Positions 54,862-64,000 of a DNA stretch of 64,000 nucleotides are shown piece after piece. The DNA lies in contig JAXHLW010000013.1 in assembly GCA_034521815.1 (NCBI GenBank), positions 736,001-800,000 on the forward strand, read 5' to 3'. Below the pieces are notes generated by a model. That model had not been told where the DNA came from, did no database searches, and saw only the letters and a list, made by a program, of their open reading frames with translations. Numbering within the stretch: position 1 is the first letter of the stretch; each line of letters opens with the position of its first letter. Both the position numbers and the translations under genes were made by a program. Origin of the DNA: Trueperaceae bacterium. Lineage in GTDB: Bacteria; Deinococcota; Deinococci; Deinococcales; Trueperaceae.

Positions 54862-56007
54862 GTGCGACGCATCGTTCATCTCGACGCCGACGCCTTCTAT
54901 GCGGCGGTCGAGCAGCGCGACCGACCCGAGCTGCGGGGACGGCCGATCGCGGTGGGCAGCGGCGCACGCCGCGGGGTGGTGATGACGGCCAGCTACGAGG
55001 CTCGGCGCTTCGGGGTGCGGAGCGCGATGCCCTCGGCGCAGGCGCTCCGGCTCTGCCCGGAGCTGCAGTTCGTGCCGGCACGCATGGACGCCTACGCCCA
55101 GGCGGGCCGCGCGCTGCTGGACCTGTACCGCTCCTACACCGACCTGGTGGAGCCGCTGGCGCTGGACGAGGCCTACCTCGACGTCAGCGATCCCAAGCGC
55201 GGCCCGGCCAGCGGAACGCGGATCGCCCAGGCGATCCGCCACGAGGCCGTCGTCGCGACCGGCCTGATCGTCTCGGCCGGCGTGTCGTACTGCAAGCTGC
55301 TGGCCAAGCTGGCCAGCGACGACGCGAAACCCGATGGGCTCCGCGTCGTTCCGCCAAACGAAGCAGGCGCGTTCCTGACGAGTCTCCCGGTTCGCAGGAT
55401 CCACGGCGTCGGCCCACGCACGGCGGAGCGACTGGCCCAGCTGGGGACCTACACGGCCGGTCAGCTAGGCGAGCAGGACCCCGCCGAGCTGGAGGCACGC
55501 TTCGGCAAGCTCGGCAGACACCTGTGGCTCATGGCGCGCGGCGAGGACGACCGACCGGTACGCCCCGACCGCGAGCGCAAGTCGGTGTCGTCCGAGACGA
55601 CGTTCGATCGCGACCGCGTCGGCGTCGCGGCGCTGCTCGAGGATCTCCCTGCCGTGTGCGCGTCCACCGCGCGGCGCGCCGGCCGGGCACGGGTCGCGGG
55701 GCGCGTCGTCGTCGTCAAGATCAAGGACGCCGATCACCGGATCGTCACGAGGCAGCGCCGCACGGCGCGCCCGGTCGCGAGCGCGGCCGAGCTGCGGACC
55801 GTCGCGGCCCAGCTGCTGCGCGAGCGGGTCCCCGTGGACCGACCGGTCCGTCTGCTGGGCGTCGGGCTCGCCGACCTGGTGCCCGAAGGAGCGCCCGAGA
55901 TCCAGCCGGCGCTGTTCCCGGGCCTCGTCGAGGTGGACGCCTCCTTCGACGTGTCGCACGCAGGCGCCACGCGCGCCTACCCTTCGGACGAGTCCGCCGC
56001 GAGCTAG
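54862..56007 (+). CDS. dinB: DNA polymerase IV
   Basis: HLDADAFYAAVE, ASYEARRFG, LDEAYLD, AKLASD..KPDG and RLLGV. Confidence 0.96.
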   Translation: MRRIVHLDADAFYAAVEQRDRPELRGRPIAVGSGARRGVVMTASYEARRFGVRSAMPSAQALRLCPELQFVPARMDAYAQAGRALLDLYRSYTDLVEPLALDEAYLDVSDPKRGPASGTRIAQAIRHEAVVATGLIVSAGVSYCKLLAKLASDDAKPDGLRVVPPNEAGAFLTSLPVRRIHGVGPRTAERLAQLGTYTAGQLGEQDPAELEARFGKLGRHLWLMARGEDDRPVRPDRERKSVSSETTFDRDRVGVAALLEDLPAVCASTARRAGRARVAGRVVVVKIKDADHRIVTRQRRTARPVASAAELRTVAAQLLRERVPVDRPVRLLGVGLADLVPEGAPEIQPALFPGLVEVDASFDVSHAGATRAYPSDESAAS

Positions 56008-56014
56008 CGCCGGG

Positions 56015-57433
56015 TCAGCGCTCGATCCGGAGCTCGCTGGCCACGCCGTCCTTCGCCACCTCCGCCGACCAGCCCCGTTGGCGCAGGTGATCGCGGAACG
56101 AGGCGAGCACGTCCGGCTCGCCGTGGACGAGGTGGACCGAGGCGTCGCCCGAGTCCGCCAGCCACGCCGTCAGGTCGTCGCGGTCCGCGTGGGCGGAGAG
56201 GCCGCCGATGGTGTGGATGCGGCCGCGCACCGCGATCTCGTCACCGACCAGCCGGACCCGTTGCGCCCCGTCGACCAGCGCCCGCCCCAGCGTCCCCGAC
56301 GCCTGGTAGCCGACGACGATCAGGTGGGTCTCGGGCTTCCAGATGTGGTGCTTCAGGTGGTGCACGATGCGGCCGCCCGTCATCATCCCCGAGCCGGCCA
56401 ACACGATCGCGGGCTCGTCCAGATCGTTCAGGGCGCGGCTCTCGTCGCTGGACACCGTGGTTTCGAAGCGTGGCGGCGCGAACGGATCGATCCCGGCGTC
56501 CACCAGCTCGCGCACCTCGGGCCGGAACCGGCCCACGTGCTCCTGGTAGACCGCCGTCATCCTCGTCGCCATCGGCGAGTCCAGGAACACCGGCAGCTCT
56601 GGGATCTCTCCCGAACGCTGCAGGCGCGCGATCTCGTAGAGCACCGTCTGCGTCCGCTCCAGCGCGAACGTCGGGATCAGCACCCGGCCGCCGGCCTCGG
56701 CCGCTTCGGCCAGAACCTCGCGCAGCTCGGCGCGCGTCGCCTCGCGTGAGCGGTGCGTCCGGTCGGCGTAGGTGGCTTCGCACAGCACGGCACGTGCGCG
56801 CTTCGGACCGTCGGGTGGAGGGTGGAGGATGCTCTCGCGGTTGCCCAGGTCGCCCGAGGCGATGATCGTTCCCTCCCCGTCGTCGATCTCGAGCCAGGCG
56901 CTGCCGATGACGTGGCCGGCGGGATGGAAGCGGACCTTCAGCCCGACCACGTCCACGGTGTCGCCGAACGACACGGTGCGCATCGCGTCGAGCGCCCGGT
57001 CGACGTCCTGCTCCTCGTACGGAAGCGGCTCGACGTCGCCCTCGCGTCCGGCGCGGCGGGCCTTGCGAAGCGCTCGGGCACGATCCTCGCGCGCGATCTT
57101 GGCCGCGTCTCGCAGGATGATCTCGGCGATGGTCCGCGTCCCCGGCGCCGCCAGCACGGGCCCTTCGAACCCGTCGGCGATCAGCTTGGGGAGCCGGCCG
57201 ACGTGATCGAGGTGCGCGTGCGTGAGAAGGACGGCGTGGACCTCGGCCGGACCGAAGGGGAACGGCTCGCGGTTGCGGCGCTCCAGCTGGGGCGGCCCCT
57301 GGAACATGCCGCAGTCGACCAGGATTCGCGCGTCGCCGATGCGTAGCAGGTGGCACGAGCCGGTCACGGTCTCCGCCGCGCCCGCGCTCAGCAGGACGGC
57401 CGCTGCGGCGTCTTGGGGACTCGGGGTCGTCAT
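56015..57433 (-). CDS. MBL-fold beta-CASP ribonuclease
   Basis: VTGSCH, DCG, THAHLDH, AGH..GS, SGDLG, EATY and SAHAD. Confidence 0.93.
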   Translation of the reverse strand: MTTPSPQDAAAAVLLSAGAAETVTGSCHLLRIGDARILVDCGMFQGPPQLERRNREPFPFGPAEVHAVLLTHAHLDHVGRLPKLIADGFEGPVLAAPGTRTIAEIILRDAAKIAREDRARALRKARRAGREGDVEPLPYEEQDVDRALDAMRTVSFGDTVDVVGLKVRFHPAGHVIGSAWLEIDDGEGTIIASGDLGNRESILHPPPDGPKRARAVLCEATYADRTHRSREATRAELREVLAEAAEAGGRVLIPTFALERTQTVLYEIARLQRSGEIPELPVFLDSPMATRMTAVYQEHVGRFRPEVRELVDAGIDPFAPPRFETTVSSDESRALNDLDEPAIVLAGSGMMTGGRIVHHLKHHIWKPETHLIVVGYQASGTLGRALVDGAQRVRLVGDEIAVRGRIHTIGGLSAHADRDDLTAWLADSGDASVHLVHGEPDVLASFRDHLRQRGWSAEVAKDGVASELRIER

Positions 57434-57467
57434 GCGGACCTCCTGATTCAGGACCGAGCGCTCGACC

Positions 57468-58790
57468 TCACGATACGACCTCGCGCCGCCGGAGCCGGGC
57501 GACGAAGAAGCCGTCGAGCCCGTCCAGCGGAAGGATGAACGTCCCCGCTCCGGCCGGCCGCGCCTGGACCGGTGGATCGACCGCCTCCGGATCGAACGCC
57601 GGGTGACGCGACAGGAAGGCGTCGATGCGCCCTGGTCCTTCCTCCGGCGTCAGCGCGCACACGGCGTAGACCAGCACCCCGCCCGAGTCGGTCAGCGCGG
57701 CCGCGGTGTCCAGCAGCCGGTCCTGCGAGGCCGCCAGGGCGTCCACGTCGCCAGGACCCAGGCGCAAGGGGATCTCGGGATGGCCGCGCAGCGTCCCCGT
57801 CCCGCTGCACGGCGCGTCCAGCAGAACGTACGGAGCGGGCTGGACCCCGGCCGGCGGCTCGCGCAGGTCGGCGACCCGGTGATCCACCTCGAGTCCCAGC
57901 CGCGCCAGGTTGCGGCGCGCCTGGTCCACCTTCGACGCGGACAGCTCGATCGCCTCGACCGCCGCGCCGCGCGCGGCCAGACCCGCGGCCTTGACGCCGC
58001 GCCCGCTGCACAGGTCCAGGACGCGGTCGCCACGGCCGGCGCCGAGCATCTCCGCGACGATGTGCGAGGCAGGATTCTGCGGCTGCACCAGCCCTTCACG
58101 GAACGCCTCCAGATCGCCCAGGCGGCGCGAGGGACGAACCCGCAGCGTTCCCTCGACCGGGCCGGAAGCGACCTCGCAGCCATCGTCTTCGAGCGAGGCG
58201 CGCGCTTCGGCGGCGAACGCGACGAGCCACAGCGGGGAAGGGGTACGCATCGCGTCGGCCGCGCGCTCGGCGTCGTCGCCCAGAGCCGATGCGAGTCGCT
58301 CCCACAGCCAGGTCGGAAGCGACGCACGGGTCGCGGGAGACGGATCGACGGGGGGCTCGACGCGCCTGAGCACCGCGTTGGCCAGCCCCGCGAGGCGGGG
58401 GTGCCGCCTGCCTACGATGCCGACCCAGGCGTCGACCGCGGCGTGCGGTGGGGTGCCGCGGATCAGCTTCTCAAAGCTGCCCAGGCGGAGCGCGTCGACG
58501 ACGTCGCCCGGCAGCCCGTCCGGGTTCCTGAGCCGGGGCGCCAGGGCGGCGTCCAGCCAGATGCGCCAGCGCACGGCGCCGTAGACGAGGTCGGTGATCA
58601 ACGAGCGGTCGCGGGGCGACACGTGCGACCGGTCCAGCGCCCTCCCGAGCTCACGCGAGAGCAACGCTCCGCTGCTGGCGCGGAGCGTCGTCTGGAGCGC
58701 GATCTCTCGGGCCGTCCGAAGGCGCCGTCGCCGCCCGGGAGCGTCGGCCGTCACGGACCGTCCCGTGCCGGTCGCCGGCGACCGCGTCAT
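57468..58790 (-). CDS. rsmB: RsmB/Sun-family RNA m5C methyltransferase
   Basis: NusB-like N-terminus (LANAVLRR), DLCSGRGVK, DAPCSGTG and YAVC. Confidence 0.88.
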   Translation of the reverse strand: MTRSPATGTGRSVTADAPGRRRRLRTAREIALQTTLRASSGALLSRELGRALDRSHVSPRDRSLITDLVYGAVRWRIWLDAALAPRLRNPDGLPGDVVDALRLGSFEKLIRGTPPHAAVDAWVGIVGRRHPRLAGLANAVLRRVEPPVDPSPATRASLPTWLWERLASALGDDAERAADAMRTPSPLWLVAFAAEARASLEDDGCEVASGPVEGTLRVRPSRRLGDLEAFREGLVQPQNPASHIVAEMLGAGRGDRVLDLCSGRGVKAAGLAARGAAVEAIELSASKVDQARRNLARLGLEVDHRVADLREPPAGVQPAPYVLLDAPCSGTGTLRGHPEIPLRLGPGDVDALAASQDRLLDTAAALTDSGGVLVYAVCALTPEEGPGRIDAFLSRHPAFDPEAVDPPVQARPAGAGTFILPLDGLDGFFVARLRRREVVS

Positions 58791-58795
58791 CGTGG

Positions 58796-59455
58796 CTACT
58801 CGCGCGCGACCATCAGGAAGTACACCAGGTACATCACGCTGCCCGCCGCCGCTGCGACGTAGGTCAGCGCCGCGGCGTTGAGCACGCTGCGCGCGCCGCC
58901 CGCGTCGTTCTGGGTGACGATGCCCATCTCGCGCAGCTCGACGTGGGCGCGCCGGGACGCGTCGAACTCGATCGGCAGCGTGACCAGCTGGAACAGCACC
59001 GCCGCGCCGAAGAGCACGATGCCGACCTGCGCCAGGCCGGTCATGCCCAGCATCAGGCCGAAGATCGCCAGGTACGGCCCGAAGCGCCCGCCGATGTTGG
59101 CGACCGGCACCAGAGCGCTTCGCCATTGGAGCGGCGCGTACGCCTTGGCGTGCTGCAGGGCGTGCCCGACCTCGTGCGCCGCCACGGCCATGCCGGCGAC
59201 GCTGGCGGAGCCGTAGATCGGCTCGGACAGCCGAACCGTCTTCTTGGTGGGGTCGTAGTGATCGCTGAGCTGACCGCGGACGGACTCGACCTGGACGGTC
59301 CCGTCGAGGCCGTGCTTCCGCAGGATCGCCGTAGCGACCTCGCGACCGGTGAGGCCCGAGGTGTTGGGGCGCTGACTCCAGGTGCCGAAGGTGGACCGGA
59401 GGTACCACTGGGCGCCCAGCGTCATCACCATCATCAGAATGAAGATCGCGAACAT
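58796..59455 (-). CDS. YugP-like membrane zinc metallopeptidase
   Basis: LSDHYDP, AAHEVGHALQ, TLPIEFDAS and AAALTYVA. Confidence 0.93.
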   Translation of the reverse strand: MFAIFILMMVMTLGAQWYLRSTFGTWSQRPNTSGLTGREVATAILRKHGLDGTVQVESVRGQLSDHYDPTKKTVRLSEPIYGSASVAGMAVAAHEVGHALQHAKAYAPLQWRSALVPVANIGGRFGPYLAIFGLMLGMTGLAQVGIVLFGAAVLFQLVTLPIEFDASRRAHVELREMGIVTQNDAGGARSVLNAAALTYVAAAAGSVMYLVYFLMVARE

Positions 59456-59523
59456 GATGTTTTCGTCGTCCTCCTCGTGCGCGGGCCCGCAGACGTGGGT
59501 GCCCGGGGGTCGTCGTTCGGCCA

Positions 59524-59564
59524 GGGTGTCGCCGGGGTGTCGCCGGCGTGTCGCCGGGGTGTCG
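59524..59564. repeat. 11-bp tandem repeat, about 3.7 copies
   Basis: GGGTGTCGCCG units. Confidence 0.85.
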
Positions 59565-59618
59565 TTCGCCTCGGATCGTTAGCGTACCTGTCGGTGACGG
59601 TCGGTGACCGTGTTCAGG

Positions 59619-59936
59619 CTACCCGGGTGCGGCCCGGTCGGCCGGCGGCTCGTCGTCCAGGGGAATCGCGGTCGCGTGGAAGCGGAGCGCGGTGCGCTCC
59701 TGATCGTGCAGCTCCAACGTCACGAACGACGGGACGGTCGACAGGTCCAGGCGGTCGTCACGGATGTAGCCGCGCGCGATGGCCAGCGCCTTGACCGCCT
59801 GATTGACGGCTTGCGGCCCGATCGCTTGCAGCTCGACCGTGCCTTCGCTTCTGAGGAGGGCGGCGATCGCACCCGCGACGGCGTTGGGGCGCGAGGTGCC
59901 GGAGACGCGAAGCACTTCGATGGCGACCACCTCCAT
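59619..59936 (-). CDS. spoVS: SpoVS family protein
   Basis: VLRVSGTSRPNAVAGAIA...QAIGPQAVNQAVKALAIARG. Confidence 0.95.
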   Translation of the reverse strand: MEVVAIEVLRVSGTSRPNAVAGAIAALLRSEGTVELQAIGPQAVNQAVKALAIARGYIRDDRLDLSTVPSFVTLELHDQERTALRFHATAIPLDDEPPADRAAPG

Positions 59937-59970
59937 CGGATGGCGATGCGGCAGGCGCGAGCGCCATTCG

Positions 59971-59999
59971 TTGACAGTCACCCTAGCACCCCGTATACT
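59971..59999 (+). promoter_or_regulatory. Sigma70-type promoter of the ilv-leu operon
   Basis: TTGACA-17 nt-TATACT. Confidence 0.9.
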
Positions 60000-60007
60000 C
60001 CGGCCCA

Positions 60008-60169
60008 GTGAGCGACGTGGCAACCATCCCTGCAATCGCACTCGGCAACGAACGGACTCGCGGCTTCGGTCGGAACGATCGCGCCAGCCATCGATCCCGA
60101 TCGTCGATCGATCGGATCGTCGGCCTCGGTCGGTACGTAGTCCTACGGTCGAGGGGTGGCGCCGCGTAG
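60008..60169 (+). CDS. Putative ilv leader peptide (53 aa)
   Basis: GTG 8 nt after the -10. Ends ...IDRIVGLGRYVVLRSRGGAA* with rare GTA and CTA codons, just before a terminator. Confidence 0.7.
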   Translation: MSDVATIPAIALGNERTRGFGRNDRASHRSRSSIDRIVGLGRYVVLRSRGGAA

Positions 60170-60193
60170 TCGTTTCACGACGCTAGAGTGGCC

Positions 60194-60234
60194 CGCACCC
60201 CGCCGAAGTCCCATTCGGCGGGGTGCGTTGTTTT
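60194..60234 (+). terminator. Attenuator terminator upstream of ilvB
   Basis: CGCACCCCGCCGAA-GTCCCA-TTCGGCGGGGTGCG-TTGTTTT: 14-bp perfect stem. Confidence 0.9.
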
Positions 60235-60259
60235 GACTCAGGGGTCCACGGAGGAAGCC

Positions 60260-61957
60260 ATGAATGGTGCGGAAGTCCTGATTCGTGCGCTCGAACGCCA
60301 AGGGGTCGAGGTCATCTTCGGCCACCCCGGCGGAGCGATCATGCCCGTCTACGACGCTCTCTACGATGCCGATGTACGGCACGTCCTGGTGCGTCACGAG
60401 CAGGCGGGGGCGCACGCTGCGGACGCGTACTACCGTGCGTCCGGCCGCCCCGGCGTGGTGTTCGCCACCAGCGGACCCGGCGCCACGAACCTGGTCACCG
60501 GCCTGGCGACGGCGATGATGGACTCGAGCGCCGTCGTCGCGATCACCGGCAACGTCCCCACCTCGCTGATCGGTACCGACGCCTTTCAGGAGGCCGACGT
60601 CTACGGCATCACCGGCCCCGTCACGAAGCACAACTACCTGGTCAAGAACGTCCAGGACCTCCCGCGCGTCGTCGCCGAGGCGTTCCACATCGCGACCACG
60701 GGCCGTCCCGGCCCGGTCCTGATCGACATCCCCAAGGACGTGCAGCAGGCCGCGTTCGACGGGGGCGACGAGGCGTTCGACGTCGAGATCGACCTGCCCG
60801 GCTACCGGCCCACGGTCGTCGGTCACGCCGGTCAGATCCGCAAGGCCGTCGAGGCCATCAAGGCGGCGAAGCGCCCCGTGATGATGGTCGGCGGCGGCGG
60901 GCAGATCGCGGCGGAGGAGGTCATGGCGTTCGCCCAGCGGACCGGCATCCCCGTGATCACGACGCTGATGGGTATCGGCGCGTATCCGGCCGGCGCGCCC
61001 CAGGCGCTGGGCATGCCCGGCATGCACGGGACCGTCACCTCGAACCGGGCGATCACGCACTGCGACCTGATCATCGGGGCCGGCGTGCGGTTCGACGACC
61101 GGGTGACGGGCAAGATCAGCCGTTTCGCCCCGAACGCCACGGTCGTGCACATCGACATCGACCCGGCCGAGATCAGCAAGCTGGTCCACGCCCACGTGCC
61201 CGTCGTCGGCGACCTCCGCGACGTCCTGCCCCGACTGGGCGAGGCGCTGGAGACGCTGGACCTGAGCGACTGGTGGGCGCAGCTGAACGACTGGAAGGGC
61301 CGCTACCCCGAGCGGTACAAGACGGAGAAGCCGCTCGTCAGTCAAGAGGTGATCGAGCTGCTGCGCGAGCACACCGACGGGAAGTGCGTCGTCACGACCG
61401 AGGTGGGGCAGCATCAGATGTTCGCCGCCCGGCTGTTTCCGACCAGCGAGCCACGTACCTGGATCACCTCGGGCGGGCTCGGAACCATGGGGTTCGGCCT
61501 GCCCGCCGCGATCGGCGCCGCGTTCGCCCGACCGGGCGAGCGGATCGTGTGCGTCGCCGGCGACGGCAGCATCCAGATGAACATCCAGGAGCTCGCCACG
61601 ATCGCCAAGCACCGCCTCCCGATCCTGATCGCGATCGCCAACAACGGCGTGCTCGGGATGGTCCGGCAGTGGCAGGAGCTGTTCCACGCCGAGCGCTACA
61701 GCGAGATCTACCTGGCCGACTCGAACCCCGACTTCGCCAAGCTCGCCGAGGCGTACGGCATCGAGGGTCACAACGTGTTCGACCGCGATACCGCGCGGCG
61801 CCTCGTGCCCGAGGTGCTGAGCCGAGGAGGACCCGCCCTGATCAACTTCGTGGTGTACGAGTCCGAGAAGGTGTACCCGATGGTTCCCTCGGGCGCCGGC
61901 GTCGACGAGATGCTGATCGGCGACCAGGAGCCCGACGTCGAGGAGGCCCCGGCGTGA
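60260..61957 (+). CDS. ilvB: Acetolactate synthase large subunit
   Basis: FGHPGGA, RHEQ, TSGPGATN, GGLGTMGFGLP and GDGS...NN. Confidence 0.97.
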   Translation: MNGAEVLIRALERQGVEVIFGHPGGAIMPVYDALYDADVRHVLVRHEQAGAHAADAYYRASGRPGVVFATSGPGATNLVTGLATAMMDSSAVVAITGNVPTSLIGTDAFQEADVYGITGPVTKHNYLVKNVQDLPRVVAEAFHIATTGRPGPVLIDIPKDVQQAAFDGGDEAFDVEIDLPGYRPTVVGHAGQIRKAVEAIKAAKRPVMMVGGGGQIAAEEVMAFAQRTGIPVITTLMGIGAYPAGAPQALGMPGMHGTVTSNRAITHCDLIIGAGVRFDDRVTGKISRFAPNATVVHIDIDPAEISKLVHAHVPVVGDLRDVLPRLGEALETLDLSDWWAQLNDWKGRYPERYKTEKPLVSQEVIELLREHTDGKCVVTTEVGQHQMFAARLFPTSEPRTWITSGGLGTMGFGLPAAIGAAFARPGERIVCVAGDGSIQMNIQELATIAKHRLPILIAIANNGVLGMVRQWQELFHAERYSEIYLADSNPDFAKLAEAYGIEGHNVFDRDTARRLVPEVLSRGGPALINFVVYESEKVYPMVPSGAGVDEMLIGDQEPDVEEAPA

Positions 61958-62481
61958 ACGACCGTCGACGCGTCATCTCCGTCACCGTCCGCGACGAGCC
62001 GGGCGTGCTGGTCCGGATCGCCGGCCTTTTCGCGCGCCGCGGGTTCAACATCGCCTCGCTCTCGGTCGCGCAGTCCGAGACCCCCGGCTTCAGCCGGACG
62101 ACGTTCGTCGTCGACGGCGACCCGGCCACCATCGAGCAGGTCCAGAAGCAGCTTCAGAAGCTGATCGACGTGATCAAGGTCGTCGACCACACCGAGACCG
62201 CGTTCGTCGATCGCGAGCTGATGCTGATCAAGGTCGCCGTGCGCCAGCCGGAGGACCGCGTCGAGATGCGTCAGGTCGCGCAGGACTTTCGCGCCCGCAT
62301 CGTCGACGTGGGCCGCAGAGCGCTCGTGTTCGAGGTGACCGGCGACGAGGGCAAGATGGACGCGTTCATCGAGCAGATGCGCGAGTTCGGCATCGTCGAG
62401 CTGATCCGTACCGGTCGCGTGGCCCTTCCGCGCAGCGCCCAGTCCCAACCTTCCCAGCCCGCTCGCGCCAAGGTGGCGTGA
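61954..62481 (+). CDS. ilvN: Acetolactate synthase small subunit
   Basis: PGVLVRIAGLFARRGFNI, KQLQKLIDV and RELMLIKV. GTGA overlap with ilvB. Confidence 0.96.
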   Translation: MNDRRRVISVTVRDEPGVLVRIAGLFARRGFNIASLSVAQSETPGFSRTTFVVDGDPATIEQVQKQLQKLIDVIKVVDHTETAFVDRELMLIKVAVRQPEDRVEMRQVAQDFRARIVDVGRRALVFEVTGDEGKMDAFIEQMREFGIVELIRTGRVALPRSAQSQPSQPARAKVA

Positions 62482-62505
62482 CGCGCCCCATCTAGGAGAT
62501 TCCCC

Positions 62506-63498
62506 ATGGCCAACATCTACTACGACGACGACGCCAACCTGCAGCTTCTCTCCGGCAAGAAGATCGCCATCCTGGGCTACGGCAGCCAAGGCCACGCGCA
62601 TGCGCTGAACGCCAAGGAGTCCGGCCTGGACGTGGTCGTCGGACTGCGCAAGGGATCCTCGTCCTGGACCGAGGCCGAGCAGGCGGGCCTGCGCGTCGTC
62701 ACCGTCGCCGAGGCGGCCGCCGAGGGCGACGTGGTGATGGTGCTGCTCCCCGACGAGGTGCAGGGCAAGATCTACCGCGAAGAGATCGCGCCGGGCCTCG
62801 AGGCCGGCGACACGCTGGCGTTCGCGCACGGGTTCAACGTGCAGTTCCACCAGATCGTCCCGCCGGACGGCGTCGACGTGATCATGGTCGCTCCGAAGGG
62901 GCCCGGGCACCTGGTGCGCCGGGTCTACGCCGAGGGGGCCGGCGTTCCGTGCCTGATCGCGGTCCACGTCGACGCCACCGGCGAGGCGAAGGCTCGCGCC
63001 CTGGCGTACGCCAAGGCGATCGGCGGCACGCGCGGCGGTGCGCTCGAGACGACGTTCCAGGAGGAGACCGAGACGGACCTGTTCGGCGAGCAGGCGGTGC
63101 TGTGCGGCGGCGTGACCGAGCTGATGCAGGCCGGGTTCGACACGCTGGTCGAGGCGGGCTATCAGCCCGAGATCGCCTACTTCGAGTGCGTGCACGAGAT
63201 GAAGCTGATCGTCGACCTGATCTACGAAGGCGGCTTCGAGAAGATGCGGCACTCGGTCAGCAACACCGCCGAGTACGGCGACTACCGCACCGGCAAGCGG
63301 ATGGTGACGGAGGAGACCCGCGCGGAGATGCGCCAGGTCCTGCGCGAGATCCAGACCGGTCGGTTCGCCCACGAGTTCCTGCTCGAGAACCAGGTCGGCC
63401 AGCCGCGCCTGAAGACCGAGCGGGCGGCCAGCGACCGCAGCCAGGTCGCCGAGGTAGGCCGGCGCCTGCGCAAGATGATGTCGTTCATCGAGAAATGA
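62506..63498 (+). CDS. ilvC: Ketol-acid reductoisomerase
   Basis: [24 protein letters not shown] and SNTAEYG. Confidence 0.98.
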   Translation: MANIYYDDDANLQLLSGKKIAILGYGSQGHAHALNAKESGLDVVVGLRKGSSSWTEAEQAGLRVVTVAEAAAEGDVVMVLLPDEVQGKIYREEIAPGLEAGDTLAFAHGFNVQFHQIVPPDGVDVIMVAPKGPGHLVRRVYAEGAGVPCLIAVHVDATGEAKARALAYAKAIGGTRGGALETTFQEETETDLFGEQAVLCGGVTELMQAGFDTLVEAGYQPEIAYFECVHEMKLIVDLIYEGGFEKMRHSVSNTAEYGDYRTGKRMVTEETRAEMRQVLREIQTGRFAHEFLLENQVGQPRLKTERAASDRSQVAEVGRRLRKMMSFIEK

Positions 63499-63593
63499 CC
63501 CCAGCGCCGGCGTCCCTCCTTCTTCACGGCCGCACCGCCCCGGTCGCCGCGGCCGCGGCGCACCCGCGACTATCGCGATTCGCGAGCAGCTAG
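63495..63593 (+). CDS. Putative leucine-sensing leader peptide (32 aa) before leuA
   Basis: ATG overlaps the ilv[36 protein letters not shown]; the Leu codons are complementary to the leuA SD. Confidence 0.7.
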   Translation: MTPAPASLLLHGRTAPVAAAAAHPRLSRFASS

Positions 63594-63660
63594 TCGCGCG
63601 ACCGCGTCGCGACCCGTACCCGCGACGTCGTTTCCGTCCAGACGAAGAAGGAGCATAGAC

Positions 63661-64000
63661 GTGGCCCGAATCAAGATCTTCGACACCACCCTCCGCGACG
63701 GCGAGCAATCGCCCGGCGTCGCCCTGAACACGCGCGAGAAGCGCGAGATCGCACGGCAGCTCGCCCGCCTGGGCGTGGACGTGATCGAGGCCGGCTTCCC
63801 GGTCGCTTCCGAAGGCGACTTCAGAAGCGTCCAGGAGATCGCCGAAGCCACCGGGGAGGAGGATCCGCGCGTGATCGTCGCCGGGCTCGCCCGCGCTCAC
63901 CGGGGCGACATCGAGCGCGCCGCCGCGGCCATCGAGAAGGCGTCCGCCCCGCGCATCCACACCTTCATCGCGACCAGCTCGATCCACATGGAGAAGAAGC
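63661..64000 (+). CDS. leuA: 2-isopropylmalate synthase (3' partial)
   Basis: [35 protein letters not shown] and RIHTFIATS. Confidence 0.95.
   Translation, partial: MARIKIFDTTLRDGEQSPGVALNTREKREIARQLARLGVDVIEAGFPVASEGDFRSVQEIAEATGEEDPRVIVAGLARAHRGDIERAAAAIEKASAPRIHTFIATSSIHMEKK

Noticed and set aside
59619-59936. Sporulation inferred from spoVS and the PSP1 gene
   Set aside because: Both families occur widely in non-sporulating bacteria, including Deinococcota.
60008-60234. T-box riboswitch upstream of ilvB
   Set aside because: No AGGGTGGNACCGCG T-box consensus with its UGGN-ACC bulge (GGGGTGGCGCCGCG is similar but lacks ACC), and no clear Stem I. A leader peptide explains the region better, though cmscan should confirm.

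Overview
A very GC-rich (roughly 70% by eye), gene-dense stretch of core bacterial chromosome. It is most likely from Deinococcota (Truepera-like), inferred from DUF3248/DUF3809/DUF1999-like genes, spoVS and many TANNNT boxes directly before start codons. I call about 63 CDSs, including der, fmt, def, cdaAR, prfB (programmed +1 frameshift), pgi, mqnP, truD, rnhB, holB, glgP, pgl, lepB, htrA, mnmE, hemL, truA, moaC, fakA, pyrF, secA, rsmD, lon, dinB, rsmB, spoVS, ilvBNC and a partial leuA. I found no rRNA, tRNA, CRISPR array, prophage or IS element. Five apparent single-base indels (pgl, a PAP2 gene, secA twice, a GNAT-like gene) look like assembly errors. The most interesting signals are small regulatory elements absent from the ORF track as separate ORFs. 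(1) A 32-codon Leu-Leu-Leu uORF is coupled to the ilvC stop, and its Leu codons are the exact complement of the leuA Shine-Dalgarno (SD). (2) A promoter, leaderless leader peptide and terminator form an attenuator before ilvB. (3) A leaderless Trp-rich uORF containing a terminator-like hairpin precedes a zinc-ribbon gene. (4) An SD-sequestering switch precedes asp23-fakA. All family calls come from motif recognition by eye; no database search or folding program was run.
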